From an uncultured Candidatus Sumerlaeota bacterium (lineage in GTDB: Bacteria > CAYMEV01), in contig CAYMEV010000014.1 in the NCBI GenBank assembly GCA_964389675.1, positions 62,001-95,967 of the forward strand: a DNA stretch of 33,967 bases, in the 5' to 3' direction. The position numbers and the translations under genes are program-made. The notes beneath the pieces were generated by a model. That model searched no databases. It had not been told where the DNA came from and was given only the letters and a program-made list of their open reading frames with translations. Of this stretch, positions 19,658 through 29,870 are shown piece after piece. Positions within the stretch are counted from its first letter, which is position 1. Each line of letters starts with the position of its first letter.

Positions 19658-20052
19658 TATTTTCCTCCTTTTTTACATTTATTGCAAATTCCATAAAAAT
19701 ATATTGTAAAGCCTGTTATACTGTCCTTAATATTTTCCATTGCGCTCTTTAATATGTCTTCAGTGAAGGGAAGGCTAAAGTCTCTTGCTGACCCGCACTC
19801 ATTGCATATAAAATGATGGTGAGGATCAGCCACTGCATCATAATGGTCAGCTTTGTCCCCGAAATCCCTTCTGGTAATCCTTCCTTCCTCAATTAGTATC
19901 TCCAGGTTCCTGTATATATTGCTTAGGCTTATATTAATATCCTTTCCTCTTAGATAGGTGTAGATATCAATAGCTGTCGGGTGTGTATCAGATTTTCTTA
20001 TGCAGCTGTAAATTTTCTCTCTGTGAGAGCTTTTTCTTCTTTTTGTATTCAT
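19657..20052 (-). CDS. perR: Fur-family peroxide-sensing repressor
   Basis: HPTA, YRNL, YD...[18 protein letters not shown]; stop overlaps the katA start (TAATG). Confidence 0.8.
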   Translation of the reverse strand: MNTKRRKSSHREKIYSCIRKSDTHPTAIDIYTYLRGKDINISLSNIYRNLEILIEEGRITRRDFGDKADHYDAVADPHHHFICNECGSARDFSLPFTEDILKSAMENIKDSITGFTIYFYGICNKCKKGGK

Positions 20053-20077
20053 AGTTAATAATAATTCTTATTACTAT
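20051..20077. promoter_or_regulatory. Putative PerR/Fur operator
   Basis: Imperfect palindrome ATAGTTAATAATAATTCTTATTACTAT overlapping the perR start; minus-strand TATAAT adjacent at 20076-20081. Confidence 0.55.
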
Positions 20078-20494
20078 TATATTTGTTTTAAAATTATTTC
20101 AATAAAAAAATTTTTTAATATAAAAATGAGAAAAAGCATAAAAGGCCATTAATTTTCAGAAAATACATAAATACCCTGAGTGCAGTGGTTTATCTGCGAC
20201 CGCCAGACAGCTGTTTCATATATGTTATGATGGCAGTCATAAGGCTTGCTGTGTATTCACCGGAAGGATCACATCTAAGGTTACAGTCAGGATATATAGA
20301 TCCCCATTTGACTATTTTCTGCAAAAAAAACTGCAAATAAGCCTTTTAATTTTGGATAAAAATATAGTATTATTATTTTTTAGCCTGAAGTTTGTGGATC
20401 ATTGGAATATTGAACCTTTCATAGCAGAAGATAAGGCAAGAATTTCTGAATTGCAGAGATTTATCGTATGGTATCAAACTGTTAAGGAGGAGAT

Positions 20495-21328
20495 ATGATG
20501 CAAAAGCTGGAAAAGAAAGCATTAAAGGAGATAATTTATTTCAGTATCCTGTCCTATTTGCTGGCCTGGGCATACTGGATTCCCTTCATGGCACGGGGGA
20601 ACGAAGGCATGAGGTCTTTCCCCGGGCCCTACGGCTTTGCCAATGGCATGTTTGCTCCGATGATAGCAGCACTCATAATGAGGATCTTTATCTCGCGTGA
20701 GGGACTGGGAGGCTCAATGGGAATAGTAAGGCATGTCCGGTATTATGCGCTGGCTATGCTGATGCCTATGCTTTTTACCCTGATTCTTGTGGGTACCATT
20801 ATCATTACTTCAAGGATCAGTTTTACCTGGCCCGGGAAGAATCCTCTTTATATTGCGGTTTTGCTTCTTATGCTGAAAAGCCTTAAAGAAATCCCGCTGG
20901 GAATAGGGGAGGAGTATGGCTGGAGGGGGTACCTGCTTCCAAGGCTTATGCCTGCAGGGGAAGCCTGGGCAACGGTGATACTTGGTCTTATATGGGCTTT
21001 CTGGCATCTTCCGATGATGGTTCTTGGCATGAACTATCCAGGTCAGAATGCAATAATATCCAGTATAGTATTTGTTGTATTTGTAGTGCTGATGAGCTTT
21101 CCATTCACCTGGCTTTATCTTGCCTCAAAAGGCAGTGTCCTGGTAGTTGCCCTTTTCCATATATCCCTTGATGTATTTACTGATACATTCTGTTCACCTG
21201 CATGCCTTCCGGGTGGAAACCAGCTTTTTGTCAGCAGTGCCGGTATTATCAGCTGCTGTCTTCTTGCGGTGATCATTGCTCTGCGTTATACAGTGTTTAA
21301 GGGCATTAAGGCAGAACAAAAGGCCTGA
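20495..21328 (+). CDS. CPBP (CAAX/Abi) family intramembrane glutamic endopeptidase
   Basis: GEEYGWRGY, WAFWHLP and later conserved His; multiple TM segments; AAGGAGG RBS. Confidence 0.92.
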   Translation: MMQKLEKKALKEIIYFSILSYLLAWAYWIPFMARGNEGMRSFPGPYGFANGMFAPMIAALIMRIFISREGLGGSMGIVRHVRYYALAMLMPMLFTLILVGTIIITSRISFTWPGKNPLYIAVLLLMLKSLKEIPLGIGEEYGWRGYLLPRLMPAGEAWATVILGLIWAFWHLPMMVLGMNYPGQNAIISSIVFVVFVVLMSFPFTWLYLASKGSVLVVALFHISLDVFTDTFCSPACLPGGNQLFVSSAGIISCCLLAVIIALRYTVFKGIKAEQKA

Positions 21329-21534
21329 AAATACGACAGGATAATTCTGTAATTTTAATCTTTTATGTTCTGATTAAATAGAGCGATTAATATATATTTA
21401 TTGTCACAGCGGCCATTCCCGGCTCAAAAATTTGCCAGCAAGCATTAAAATAACGGATACTATAAGGCCCGGATCAGGAATTTTTTTGATTATGCCATTG
21501 CTTACCTTTAATATTTATACAAAAAGCTCTAATT

Positions 21535-22155
21535 TTGTTTTTGAAAAAGGAGCAAAGTCAGAAAGGCTATGGTTTGCTTTTGCAGAAATTAAAAAATTTT
21601 CTTGATGATTCATCCAGCTGGGCATGGGGAAAATTCCCTATTTTCAGGCTGATACTTCTTCTGATATTTGTCTATGCATGGTACAGGCATATACAGGACC
21701 CGAGGTACGGGAGCATATTCTTCGGCCTCAATTTTGGTATTCATGAGCTTGGACACTTCGTATTTGCACCTTTCGGGCAGTTCCTGATGATCCTGGGGGG
21801 TTCGCTTTTCCAGTGCCTGGTCCCTGTTATAGGATTTGCCATGTTTCTTTACCAGAAGGATTATTTCGGAATAGCTTTCACTTTTGGATGGGAAGCAACC
21901 AATCTTTATTATGTAGCGACCTATATTGCGGATGCCAGGGCAATGAAGCTTCCATTGCTCACTCCTTTCGGTGTTGAGGCATATCATGACTGGAACTGGT
22001 TTCTTTCCAGAACAGGGCTTCTCAGGCAGGATATACTGATAGCGTCAATGGCAAGGGTACTGGCATCAGCCTGTATGGTCATATGCCTTGCTTACGGAGG
22101 ATGGCTGGTATGGATCATGATCAGATCGTTCAGGGCTAACTGGAGTTCATCATGA
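21535..22155 (+). CDS. Membrane protein with HExxH motif (M50-like zinc metalloprotease)
   Basis: IHELGH in hydrophobic context, GGSLFQ, YIADA, HDW; start uncertain. Confidence 0.7.
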   Translation: MFLKKEQSQKGYGLLLQKLKNFLDDSSSWAWGKFPIFRLILLLIFVYAWYRHIQDPRYGSIFFGLNFGIHELGHFVFAPFGQFLMILGGSLFQCLVPVIGFAMFLYQKDYFGIAFTFGWEATNLYYVATYIADARAMKLPLLTPFGVEAYHDWNWFLSRTGLLRQDILIASMARVLASACMVICLAYGGWLVWIMIRSFRANWSSS

Positions 22156-22273
22156 TCAGGATCTTTATCCCGGCCCCTTTTTCAAAGTATTTTAATTATC
22201 TGGTGTTCAGGCTGTTTGCAAAATGAGAAATTTATAAATTATTTATACATTAATTAATGCAGGGGCCAGGTAT

Positions 22274-22681
22274 ATGAGCAATACAGCAGTTTTTATAATT
22301 GTTGCAGCTGCAATTACAGGCGGGCTGGCTTTCCAGTTTTTCATAACATGGCGAAGTCACCAGAAGGACTACAGGGAACATCTTGGGCCCGTCTTAAGAT
22401 CTCATGGCCTTCAGCTTCTTTCCTCTAAGTGGCAGGGGATAGGCAAGACAGGGCCTTTTCCGAAATTCGAGGTGAGGATAGGCAGGCCGCAGACCCGTAT
22501 AGGCAATATACGCGGAGAATACAGGGAATACAGGCTGGTGGTATGCAGGGGTCAGGAAAAAAGGACATGCACCCTATGGGCACTGCTTGAGTTTGAAATG
22601 TTCCGGCTTAAGCGCATACGATGGAGGGCAACAGACAGGGATAGTATTCCGGAATACGCACTTAGCCTTATTGAAAACTGA
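22274..22681 (+). CDS. Hypothetical protein with N-terminal TM anchor
   Basis: 135-aa ORF, AGGGG RBS, hydrophobic N-terminus. Confidence 0.6.
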   Translation: MSNTAVFIIVAAAITGGLAFQFFITWRSHQKDYREHLGPVLRSHGLQLLSSKWQGIGKTGPFPKFEVRIGRPQTRIGNIRGEYREYRLVVCRGQEKRTCTLWALLEFEMFRLKRIRWRATDRDSIPEYALSLIEN

Positions 22682-22839
22682 ATAATTAAAGCCATCAGTA
22701 ATGATCAGGGATTCTTATCCAGGAAGAATGCCTGGCCCATTTAAATCCATGGCAGAGGAATATGAAGAAGGCCTGATGTTCTGCAGTATATCAGCCTTTT
22801 ATAGCTCCACCCCGGGAATATTTTTTTATGTATAAATAA

Positions 22840-25800
22840 CTATGGCATCAGAGGGTTTTTAATTGCTTCTGCTGTTTCATCAGCCTGTATTAACAGATAT
22901 TCTGCCTTTTTCTTATTACCCATTTTTCTATAAGCTTCTGACATCCTCTTTAGAATGAGAATGCAGAATCTTTTATCACTGATATCCATAAGGAGCGGTT
23001 CTGCTTTAATATAATATTCTAATGCCTTCGCAGAATCTTCTGTATCCTCATAGATCATTGCTGTATAGCACAGGGCCTTGCAGTATTCTTCCGTGTATTG
23101 TGACTTATCAAGAAGCTTTAAGGCTTTTTTACAGTAATTCATAGCGATATCATATTTTTTCTGCAGATAATACAGGTAGCCTATGTCCCTGTCTATTATA
23201 CCGATGCTTGCCGGGTCTTTCATTCTGACAGCATATTTCCTTGAATCCTGATAGCATTTCATGGCCTTTTTGTAATCTCCCAGCTTTAAATATATCTCAC
23301 CCATGTTTTCCAGATATATGCTGCAACCTAAAATATTTCCAATATTTTTGCATGTTTCTGCTGCTTTATTTGAATATTCCAGAGCTTTGTCATATTGTCC
23401 GATATCTGTATAGATGCTCCCTAAATTTCCAGTACTGTTAGCATACATGTATTTATCCCCGATCTCTTCGGATATCTTTTTCTGATCTTCATAAAGCCTG
23501 ACAGCATTTTCATAATCATAGGATTTTTCATATAGTGCAGCTATGTGGCCGAGCGATCTTCCGTATCCCTTACGGTCTCCGATTTCCTTGAATATATTTT
23601 TTGATATTTCAAAATAATCCATTGCCTTATGCAGTTCATTCCTTTTGCTGTAAATATTTCCCATATTACCCACAGACATTGCGGACAGTTTTTTATAGCC
23701 GATTTCCTTGCTTATTCTGTACTGGGCTTCAAAGCATCTTAAAGCGCTGTCCAGTTTTCCTAAAGCCTTGTATAAAACTCCGATATTTCCGGTATTAACG
23801 GCGTATAGCCTCTTATTGCACGTTTTTTTAAATATCCTGCCGGCTTCCTTGTAATACTTCATGGCTTCCCTGTATTCATTTCTATATCTCAGTATATTGC
23901 CGATGCTTCCAAGAGTTGATGCATATGATGTTTCATTCTCAGGATCTTTGATTAGTGTCAGTATCTCATGAAAGCACTTGTATGCCTTATCAAGATCAGC
24001 AATTGCGGTCAGTGCATTTCCCTTTGACCTGAGATTCATTATATAGCCTTTCATGTCTGAAAGACCGGAAGATATATTAAGCCCTTTTTCTGAAAGGCTC
24101 AGTGCCTTATCAATATCCCCCCTCATGATTGATATCTCTGAAAGGTTCATATAAGCAACTGCCATCTGATCCCTGTAATCCCATCTTTTTGCCATATCAA
24201 GGGCCTTAATATATTTTTTTTCAGAATCCTTCAAATTTCCGTCAATAACGTACAGATAGCCGATATTACACAGGGTTTTTATGACCTTTTCAATATCTGC
24301 CTCTCTATCCAGGTATTTAATCAGGCGCGTGTAATAGTATATTGCCTTCGAATTCTGGTATTTGGCACTGGTTCCTTCAGCAGCCATGTCCAGGTAGAAC
24401 CTGGCTTTTTTATTGTTCTCAGCCCTGTCATAATGGTCAGCCAGCTCCTCATAATGATTTTCAAGATCATTCTCATACAGGCTTTCAATGACTTCACCTG
24501 CTAAATTATGGATCAGTCTCAATCTTTCCTTCAGCTGTATATTATATACAGTATCCCGTATTAAAGCATGATGGAATATGTACTTAAGTTCATTCAGCTT
24601 ATGCCATACCTGCTCCTTATCACCTTTTGTCAGTATATCAGCAAGCCGGTACTCATCAGAATTCTGCAGATTATGCAAAATTCCCCTCAGAACCTTAACT
24701 GCAAATTCCCTTCCAAGGACTGACGCGGTCTTTATTATCTCTTTGAGCTCAAAGCTGAGCTTGTCAATCCTTGATATAACTATCTGGCTGATCTTTTGCG
24801 GTATTTCCTCAATACTGGCAGTCAGTCTCATATTCTCATCAAGCAGATTGTTTTCCTTAATATACAGTATGATCTGTTCCAGGAAAAACGGGTTGCCGTC
24901 GCATTTACCAGTTATGAACCTCCTGGTTTCCCTGGGGATTTTTCTGCTTTGCAGTTTTGCCTCAAGGAAGGGTGTTATATCGCTTGTCAGCATTTTCCCT
25001 ATGCTTATCCTTTCTGTTTCTGTTTCTTTGTCAGGCCTGAAAAACTCGAATAAGGATCCGTCATCTGAAGGCCTGCAGGCTGAAATGATGGCAATGGGAA
25101 AGCCTTCAATATTATTGATGAGCCTTTTTATCAGTTTCAGGCTGTCCTCATCAATCCACTGGCTGTCGTCAATGATAAGGATAAGAGGGTTCAGGAGCCC
25201 TAAAGACAAAATGAAATTTTTCAGTGCTATTATGGTATTGTCGAATTTTCCCCTGGCATCAAGCATTGTTATCAGTGAGTCCTCATATTCCAGGCCCAGA
25301 AGAGATGCAATAATGGATTCCGTCCTTATAAGCTCTGACCTGATTTCTTCATTATCTGTTTTCTCGATATGTTTTTCGTATTCAGCCCTGAACAGTTTTG
25401 TGTTCTCTCTTTTCGTGTTTTCAGGGTTCTGGCTGAAATACCTCTCCAGGAAGTATATAAAAGGGTTGAATGATTTCTTTAATATCTCATCGCATGGTAA
25501 ATACAAAAAGGAAATTTTGTAAGCAGAACAGGTTTTTGCTTCAGCAGTTCTCCTGAAATGCTCCAGAAACCTGGTCTTGCCTATCCCTGCAGGGCCGTCA
25601 ATATAGATTATGCCGGCAAACCTGCCATTATATACAGGTTCTAACGCCTTATCCAGAAGCATTAATTCCCTTTCCCTGCCTATGAACGGGTCGCCGTGGT
25701 ATATCTCATTATACTGCTTGATCTGCCCCTCCAGGCTGAAAGTCCCAATATCCCTGTTAAAGCCTTTATACCTGTAGGTCCCGCGTTTTACTGCATCATA

Positions 25801-26907
25801 TCTGGTTTTAAGATTATTGAATAAATTCTCATCTATTAGTATCTCACCCCAATCTGCTCTGGTCATCAGCCTGGATGAAAGGTTGACCATGCTTCCGATT
25901 GCTGTATATTCGGCTCTAAGAGGGGAGCCTAAAAAGCCGGTGAAGGCCCTTCCTGAGGTCATTCCTGCCCGGAAGCAGAAATTTGGGATATCTCTAAGGC
26001 CCAGCATAAAATCAGATGCCCTTCTCAGCATATTCTCCCTTGCAACAGGAGCACCGAAAAGCACAAGTATTACAGCGCCCTTGTCCCCGAAAGCAGCTCT
26101 GTTGAAATATCCACCGTACCTGTAAACCATCTCTGTTATCTTTTCTATGGCCTTTAAATACCTGCCCTTCAGCCTGAAATTTACCATGCATGAAACAATA
26201 TTCCTGAATTCGCCTTTTTCTTTAAGCTCTATCACCTCGCGCGGGAAAAATCTCTGAAATATGGTGCTATCTGATCCTTCACACCCGTTATAATGGTCTG
26301 GCTCATAATTTTTTTCTGCAGTATCTGAGATATCAAGGATAAAATAATCCTGGCCAATCCTCCTGCATTTATCATGCCCTATTCTGTCATAATAGCTTCT
26401 GTCAGCTATTATCTGCATGCTTTCTGCAAATCCCTGCGCATCAGCGCTCCTTTTTACCGGGTCTCCGGAAAAAAGGAAAGTATCATAATCCTTTCCCCTT
26501 ATAATACGGTATTCTGACCTGCCGAAAGACATGCCTGCTTTGACATATATTGCAAATCTTCCATATTTTGTCTCAATTATAGAGTTCTTTTCTATAAAAT
26601 TAAAGATCATTGCTGCAGAATTATATGAATAAACAGGGCTTTTTACATGGAAAAAGGCCGTAAATGCATCTCCTTCAAAAGTTGATATAAATCCCTTATG
26701 ATTTTGAATAATGCTGATACATGGAGAAAAGATGCGGTTGATGATGCCGGTGAGGACCTCAGCCCCTTCTATGCCATGGGACATAAGCTTTTCGGTGATA
26801 TCAGTGAACCCCTTTATATCTATCGACATTATATAGCCTGTGATCCGGCCTTTGCTTATATTCTGCCTGTATCTGGAGCATATAAAACCAGGAAGGAGGT
26901 TATACAT
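22840..26907 (-). CDS. Tandem class III nucleotidyl cyclase + STAND AAA ATPase + TPR protein (soluble adenylyl cyclase-like)
   Basis: SIDIKGFT, FEGDA, GDKG, VNLSSRLM; FIGREREL, Walker A GPAGIGKT, Walker B IIDDSQW, GNPFFLEQ; long TPR array. Start at MYNLLP (26907) is supported by the paralogous fragment at 31012. Confidence 0.92.
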   Translation of the reverse strand: MYNLLPGFICSRYRQNISKGRITGYIMSIDIKGFTDITEKLMSHGIEGAEVLTGIINRIFSPCISIIQNHKGFISTFEGDAFTAFFHVKSPVYSYNSAAMIFNFIEKNSIIETKYGRFAIYVKAGMSFGRSEYRIIRGKDYDTFLFSGDPVKRSADAQGFAESMQIIADRSYYDRIGHDKCRRIGQDYFILDISDTAEKNYEPDHYNGCEGSDSTIFQRFFPREVIELKEKGEFRNIVSCMVNFRLKGRYLKAIEKITEMVYRYGGYFNRAAFGDKGAVILVLFGAPVARENMLRRASDFMLGLRDIPNFCFRAGMTSGRAFTGFLGSPLRAEYTAIGSMVNLSSRLMTRADWGEILIDENLFNNLKTRYDAVKRGTYRYKGFNRDIGTFSLEGQIKQYNEIYHGDPFIGRERELMLLDKALEPVYNGRFAGIIYIDGPAGIGKTRFLEHFRRTAEAKTCSAYKISFLYLPCDEILKKSFNPFIYFLERYFSQNPENTKRENTKLFRAEYEKHIEKTDNEEIRSELIRTESIIASLLGLEYEDSLITMLDARGKFDNTIIALKNFILSLGLLNPLILIIDDSQWIDEDSLKLIKRLINNIEGFPIAIISACRPSDDGSLFEFFRPDKETETERISIGKMLTSDITPFLEAKLQSRKIPRETRRFITGKCDGNPFFLEQIILYIKENNLLDENMRLTASIEEIPQKISQIVISRIDKLSFELKEIIKTASVLGREFAVKVLRGILHNLQNSDEYRLADILTKGDKEQVWHKLNELKYIFHHALIRDTVYNIQLKERLRLIHNLAGEVIESLYENDLENHYEELADHYDRAENNKKARFYLDMAAEGTSAKYQNSKAIYYYTRLIKYLDREADIEKVIKTLCNIGYLYVIDGNLKDSEKKYIKALDMAKRWDYRDQMAVAYMNLSEISIMRGDIDKALSLSEKGLNISSGLSDMKGYIMNLRSKGNALTAIADLDKAYKCFHEILTLIKDPENETSYASTLGSIGNILRYRNEYREAMKYYKEAGRIFKKTCNKRLYAVNTGNIGVLYKALGKLDSALRCFEAQYRISKEIGYKKLSAMSVGNMGNIYSKRNELHKAMDYFEISKNIFKEIGDRKGYGRSLGHIAALYEKSYDYENAVRLYEDQKKISEEIGDKYMYANSTGNLGSIYTDIGQYDKALEYSNKAAETCKNIGNILGCSIYLENMGEIYLKLGDYKKAMKCYQDSRKYAVRMKDPASIGIIDRDIGYLYYLQKKYDIAMNYCKKALKLLDKSQYTEEYCKALCYTAMIYEDTEDSAKALEYYIKAEPLLMDISDKRFCILILKRMSEAYRKMGNKKKAEYLLIQADETAEAIKNPLMP

Positions 26908-27205
26908 AACTGCCTGATCCTCTAATAAAGGATTTCTCAGCATATTTAACTATGAAAAGAAACGCCATAACTTATATAATAAACTCTGGTAAGGCTTGTT
27001 GCAATACTTTATTGCTAAATTGCAAAAACTTTCTTTTATATGTGCAGTAATTTGACTAATAGAATCTTAGATTGCTTCCATCAGGAGATGCCAGAATAGA
27101 TACTGCATTTTAGCCCTGAAATATTTTAATTCCAGGCAGGGATATTTAGGTTGAAATTTCATTCTTATGGAATTAATATCTACAAAAATAAGTAAGGGGG
27201 ATTAT

Positions 27206-27802
27206 ATGGACAGGGAAAATGTACTTTCACGCTATAATGAACTTAAGAAAAAAGTAATAAAAAGGAAAGAGCAGTTTGACAGGCTGATGAGTTTCCTGGA
27301 GGGAAAAACCGACTGGCTGAGATCCCCTGCAAGTACAAGGTTCCATTTAAGCGAGGAAATGGGGCTTTTAGCACACTCTGTAAATGTTGCAGAGACGCTG
27401 CTGCTTCTGAAAGGCCTGCTTGCACCGGAAATATCAGATGAATCCTGTGTAATTACAGGCCTTCTGCATGACCTGGGCAAAGCAGGCGTTCCGGGCAAAC
27501 CCCAGTATATTCCTAATGAACCGTCAGAAAAGCAGAAAATGTACCAATACAAGCCAAATTACCCCTACAGGTTCAATAAGGACCTGGTATATTTAAGCGT
27601 GCCCGTAAGAAGCCTGTATATAATTTCAAGGTTTGTGGACCTTACAGAAACCGAAGCCCAGGCAATCGTCTACCATGACGGCCAGTATGTTGACGACAAC
27701 AGGTCTGTTGCAAACAATGAAGAACCCCTTACCCTCCTGCTTCAGTATGCTGACAACTGGAGCGGTTTTGTCCTGGAGAAGAAGGAAGAGGGTAAAGATT
27801 AG
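27206..27802 (+). CDS. HD-domain phosphohydrolase (YhaM-like HD domain without OB fold)
   Basis: PASTRFH, HSVNV, LLHDLGK, YHDG, YAD; AAGGGG RBS before the ATG at 27206. Confidence 0.88.
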   Translation: MDRENVLSRYNELKKKVIKRKEQFDRLMSFLEGKTDWLRSPASTRFHLSEEMGLLAHSVNVAETLLLLKGLLAPEISDESCVITGLLHDLGKAGVPGKPQYIPNEPSEKQKMYQYKPNYPYRFNKDLVYLSVPVRSLYIISRFVDLTETEAQAIVYHDGQYVDDNRSVANNEEPLTLLLQYADNWSGFVLEKKEEGKD

Positions 27803-28053
27803 GGCTTTTCACAGCCTCATCATCATTTCATCTATGCAGATAATACCAGTCCCTGACTGATGTCCTGCCTGTCATGATAAAGGCCGTTCTAAAAACTGAT
27901 ATAAGGAATAATATGGGAAAAAAGCCTTCTGGGCAATTGCCCTATTAAGCCTGCAAGCCTTCTTAAATATCATATTTGCTCTTAAAAATTTCTTGCATCC
28001 CTGCTTTTTCTAATACATTATGAAAATGTATTTCAGATATGAGGTAGTATCTT

Positions 28054-28656
28054 ATGAATAACCGATTGACACTGGACAGGTTTATAAAACAGTATGACAG
28101 GGAGGATGCCGTTGTGCTTCTTGAGGGCAAGCGCAAGGTAGAGGAAAATGATGCTGAAAAGCTGATAAAATTGGGCAGTATCCTTGCCTGCCGTACACAG
28201 CACATGATCTTTCGCTCAGGGAATGCCCCGGGAGCGGATGAGCTCTTCTGCAGGGGTGTGGCCTCTGTGGATGCAGACAGACTGCAGACTGTCATCCCTT
28301 ATACCGGGCACCGGCAGGAGCAGAACCTTGCCTCTGACATAATATCCCTTGGAAGCATTGACCTGGCAGAAGAAAGCGAGCTTATAAGGCAGACACTCCT
28401 GAATAAGAAAAACTCCAGTCTTATAAAGGATTATGTCAGGGGAATTATTAACAGATATACAATAAAAGCGACATATCTCATAAGGGATACGCTCAAGGTA
28501 ATAGGCACAAAAAAGATAAAAAAAGCATCATTTGCGATCTTCTATGATGACCTGGAAAATGGCATGTCAGGGGGGACAGGCCATACCATGATGATCTGCA
28601 TGCATAATAAGGTCCCTTTCATAAACCAGACTGTCTGGCTTGAGTGGCTTGAATAA
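28054..28656 (+). CDS. SLOG-superfamily (DprA/LOG-like) nucleotide-binding protein
   Basis: LLEGKR, RSGNAPGADELF, and SGGTGHT glycine motifs; GAGGT RBS. Confidence 0.7.
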   Translation: MNNRLTLDRFIKQYDREDAVVLLEGKRKVEENDAEKLIKLGSILACRTQHMIFRSGNAPGADELFCRGVASVDADRLQTVIPYTGHRQEQNLASDIISLGSIDLAEESELIRQTLLNKKNSSLIKDYVRGIINRYTIKATYLIRDTLKVIGTKKIKKASFAIFYDDLENGMSGGTGHTMMICMHNKVPFINQTVWLEWLE

Positions 28657-28691
28657 CCCTGTCCTTTATCTCCTGGCTTACAGCTCTATCC

Positions 28692-29093
28692 TTAAAAATC
28701 CGCCAGTGGGTTCTTGTCCCATTTAATACAGATCTCATTGTATTCCTTCCTGAACTCCTCTTCCTGGCTTTTCATGGATTTAGCCATTTTTTCTGTCTTC
28801 TTGAAGAACAGGGATATAACAATGATTATCCCGTTCAGGAAAATAATGAGCAGAAGCCCTATTTTGCCTACAATCAGCCCATAAAGGCCTACAAACAGCA
28901 TGATGCCCTGTATTGCTATCTGAAGCAGAGCCATCTTCATCTGGGTCCTTACCATATCCTTGAACTTTTCAAGGTCAATCCTGGTATCTATTGCCCGGGT
29001 ACCCTGCAGAAACTTTCTTATCTTGATATGGGATACAGTGCCGTTTATTATGGCCAGGAAGAACAGCAGTATAAAAATTCCCTTCAATGTCAA
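28692..29093 (-). CDS. Hypothetical 3-TM membrane protein
   Basis: TTG start after AAAGGAG; three hydrophobic segments. Confidence 0.7.
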   Translation of the reverse strand: MTLKGIFILLFFLAIINGTVSHIKIRKFLQGTRAIDTRIDLEKFKDMVRTQMKMALLQIAIQGIMLFVGLYGLIVGKIGLLLIIFLNGIIIVISLFFKKTEKMAKSMKSQEEEFRKEYNEICIKWDKNPLADF

Positions 29094-29307
29094 TGCATTA
29101 CTCCTTTATAAATTTTTTTATCCACATAAAAGCTTTCATAATCAAAAGCAGATTATTGTTAGATCTCTTCTGATAATAATAAAACTGCTGTCAGGGTATG
29201 TCAAGCCTGTATATTAAAGAAAAAATATTCGGCAGATCTGTCGCATGGTTCGTAAAAAACTACCGTGAAATATTCCAGCAGGCCAGTAAAATGCGAATAT
29301 AACTAAT

Positions 29308-29323
29308 TGGCATATATTTTGCT
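29308..29323 (+). promoter_or_regulatory. Sigma54 (-24/-12) promoter
   Basis: TGGCATATATTTTGCT: GG-N10-GC, close to consensus TGGCAC-N5-TTGCW; 67 nt before the 29391 ATG. Confidence 0.7.
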
Positions 29324-29390
29324 TATAATTAATAGCGAGTATGAGGGAAGATAAAGATAAACTTATATTCTTGGAAAGGAGGTAAATTAA

Positions 29391-29582
29391 ATGGAAAGAA
29401 GATATCTATACGGTGTCCCTGTATGCAGGATACAGGTCTTCTTATTGCTTTTTTCTATGGTATTATTCAACAGTTCAGGTTTTTTGCCACAGCTTGCATC
29501 TGCACTGGCAGTCCTTATGATCATAGATGGCAGGCATTTGCCGATACCATGCAAAGAACTGCAGGCCCATCAGGAGGCATGA
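29391..29582 (+). CDS. Small hydrophobic hypothetical protein
   Basis: Perfect AAAGGAGGT RBS; hydrophobic core. Confidence 0.6.
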   Translation: MERRYLYGVPVCRIQVFLLLFSMVLFNSSGFLPQLASALAVLMIIDGRHLPIPCKELQAHQEA

Positions 29583-29585
29583 GCT

Positions 29586-29855
29586 ATGTATTATACTGTA
29601 AATTCTATTAATCAGACAGAACTGGCAACTCTGTCAATTGATGACTGCATGACAGACAGGGAGATAATTAAAAAATTCATAAATTATTACCCGGTAAGGC
29701 TAAGGTATCGTCTGAGCAGGAAGATCTGCTGGGAATCATATGATAACTGGAAAATTAAGAGATATATGAACAGCTGTTTTATTGTGCTGATGGTATTGGA
29801 TTCAGCAGGGTATATAATAGATTCAGTGCATCTAAAAAGAATCTATGTCATTTAA
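29586..29855 (+). CDS. Small hypothetical protein
   Basis: AGGAGG RBS; starts 3 nt after the previous stop. Confidence 0.6.
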   Translation: MYYTVNSINQTELATLSIDDCMTDREIIKKFINYYPVRLRYRLSRKICWESYDNWKIKRYMNSCFIVLMVLDSAGYIIDSVHLKRIYVI

Positions 29856-29870
29856 AGGGGGAAACTGCTG

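Noticed and set aside
20259-20268. SRP RNA (CCGGAAGGA core)
   Set aside because: The flanking conserved CAGG and AGCAG of SRP helix 8 are absent.
24578-25522. 314-aa plus-strand ORF
   Set aside because: Antisense shadow of the cyclase-STAND gene; Ser/Ile/Phe-rich with no motifs.
27931-27942. Perfect palindrome GGGCAATTGCCC
   Set aside because: Single 12-bp instance without a loop or supporting context.
29423-29611. Alternative 62-aa ORF
   Set aside because: Overlaps the 29391 ORF, which has a perfect RBS, and the start of the 29586 ORF.
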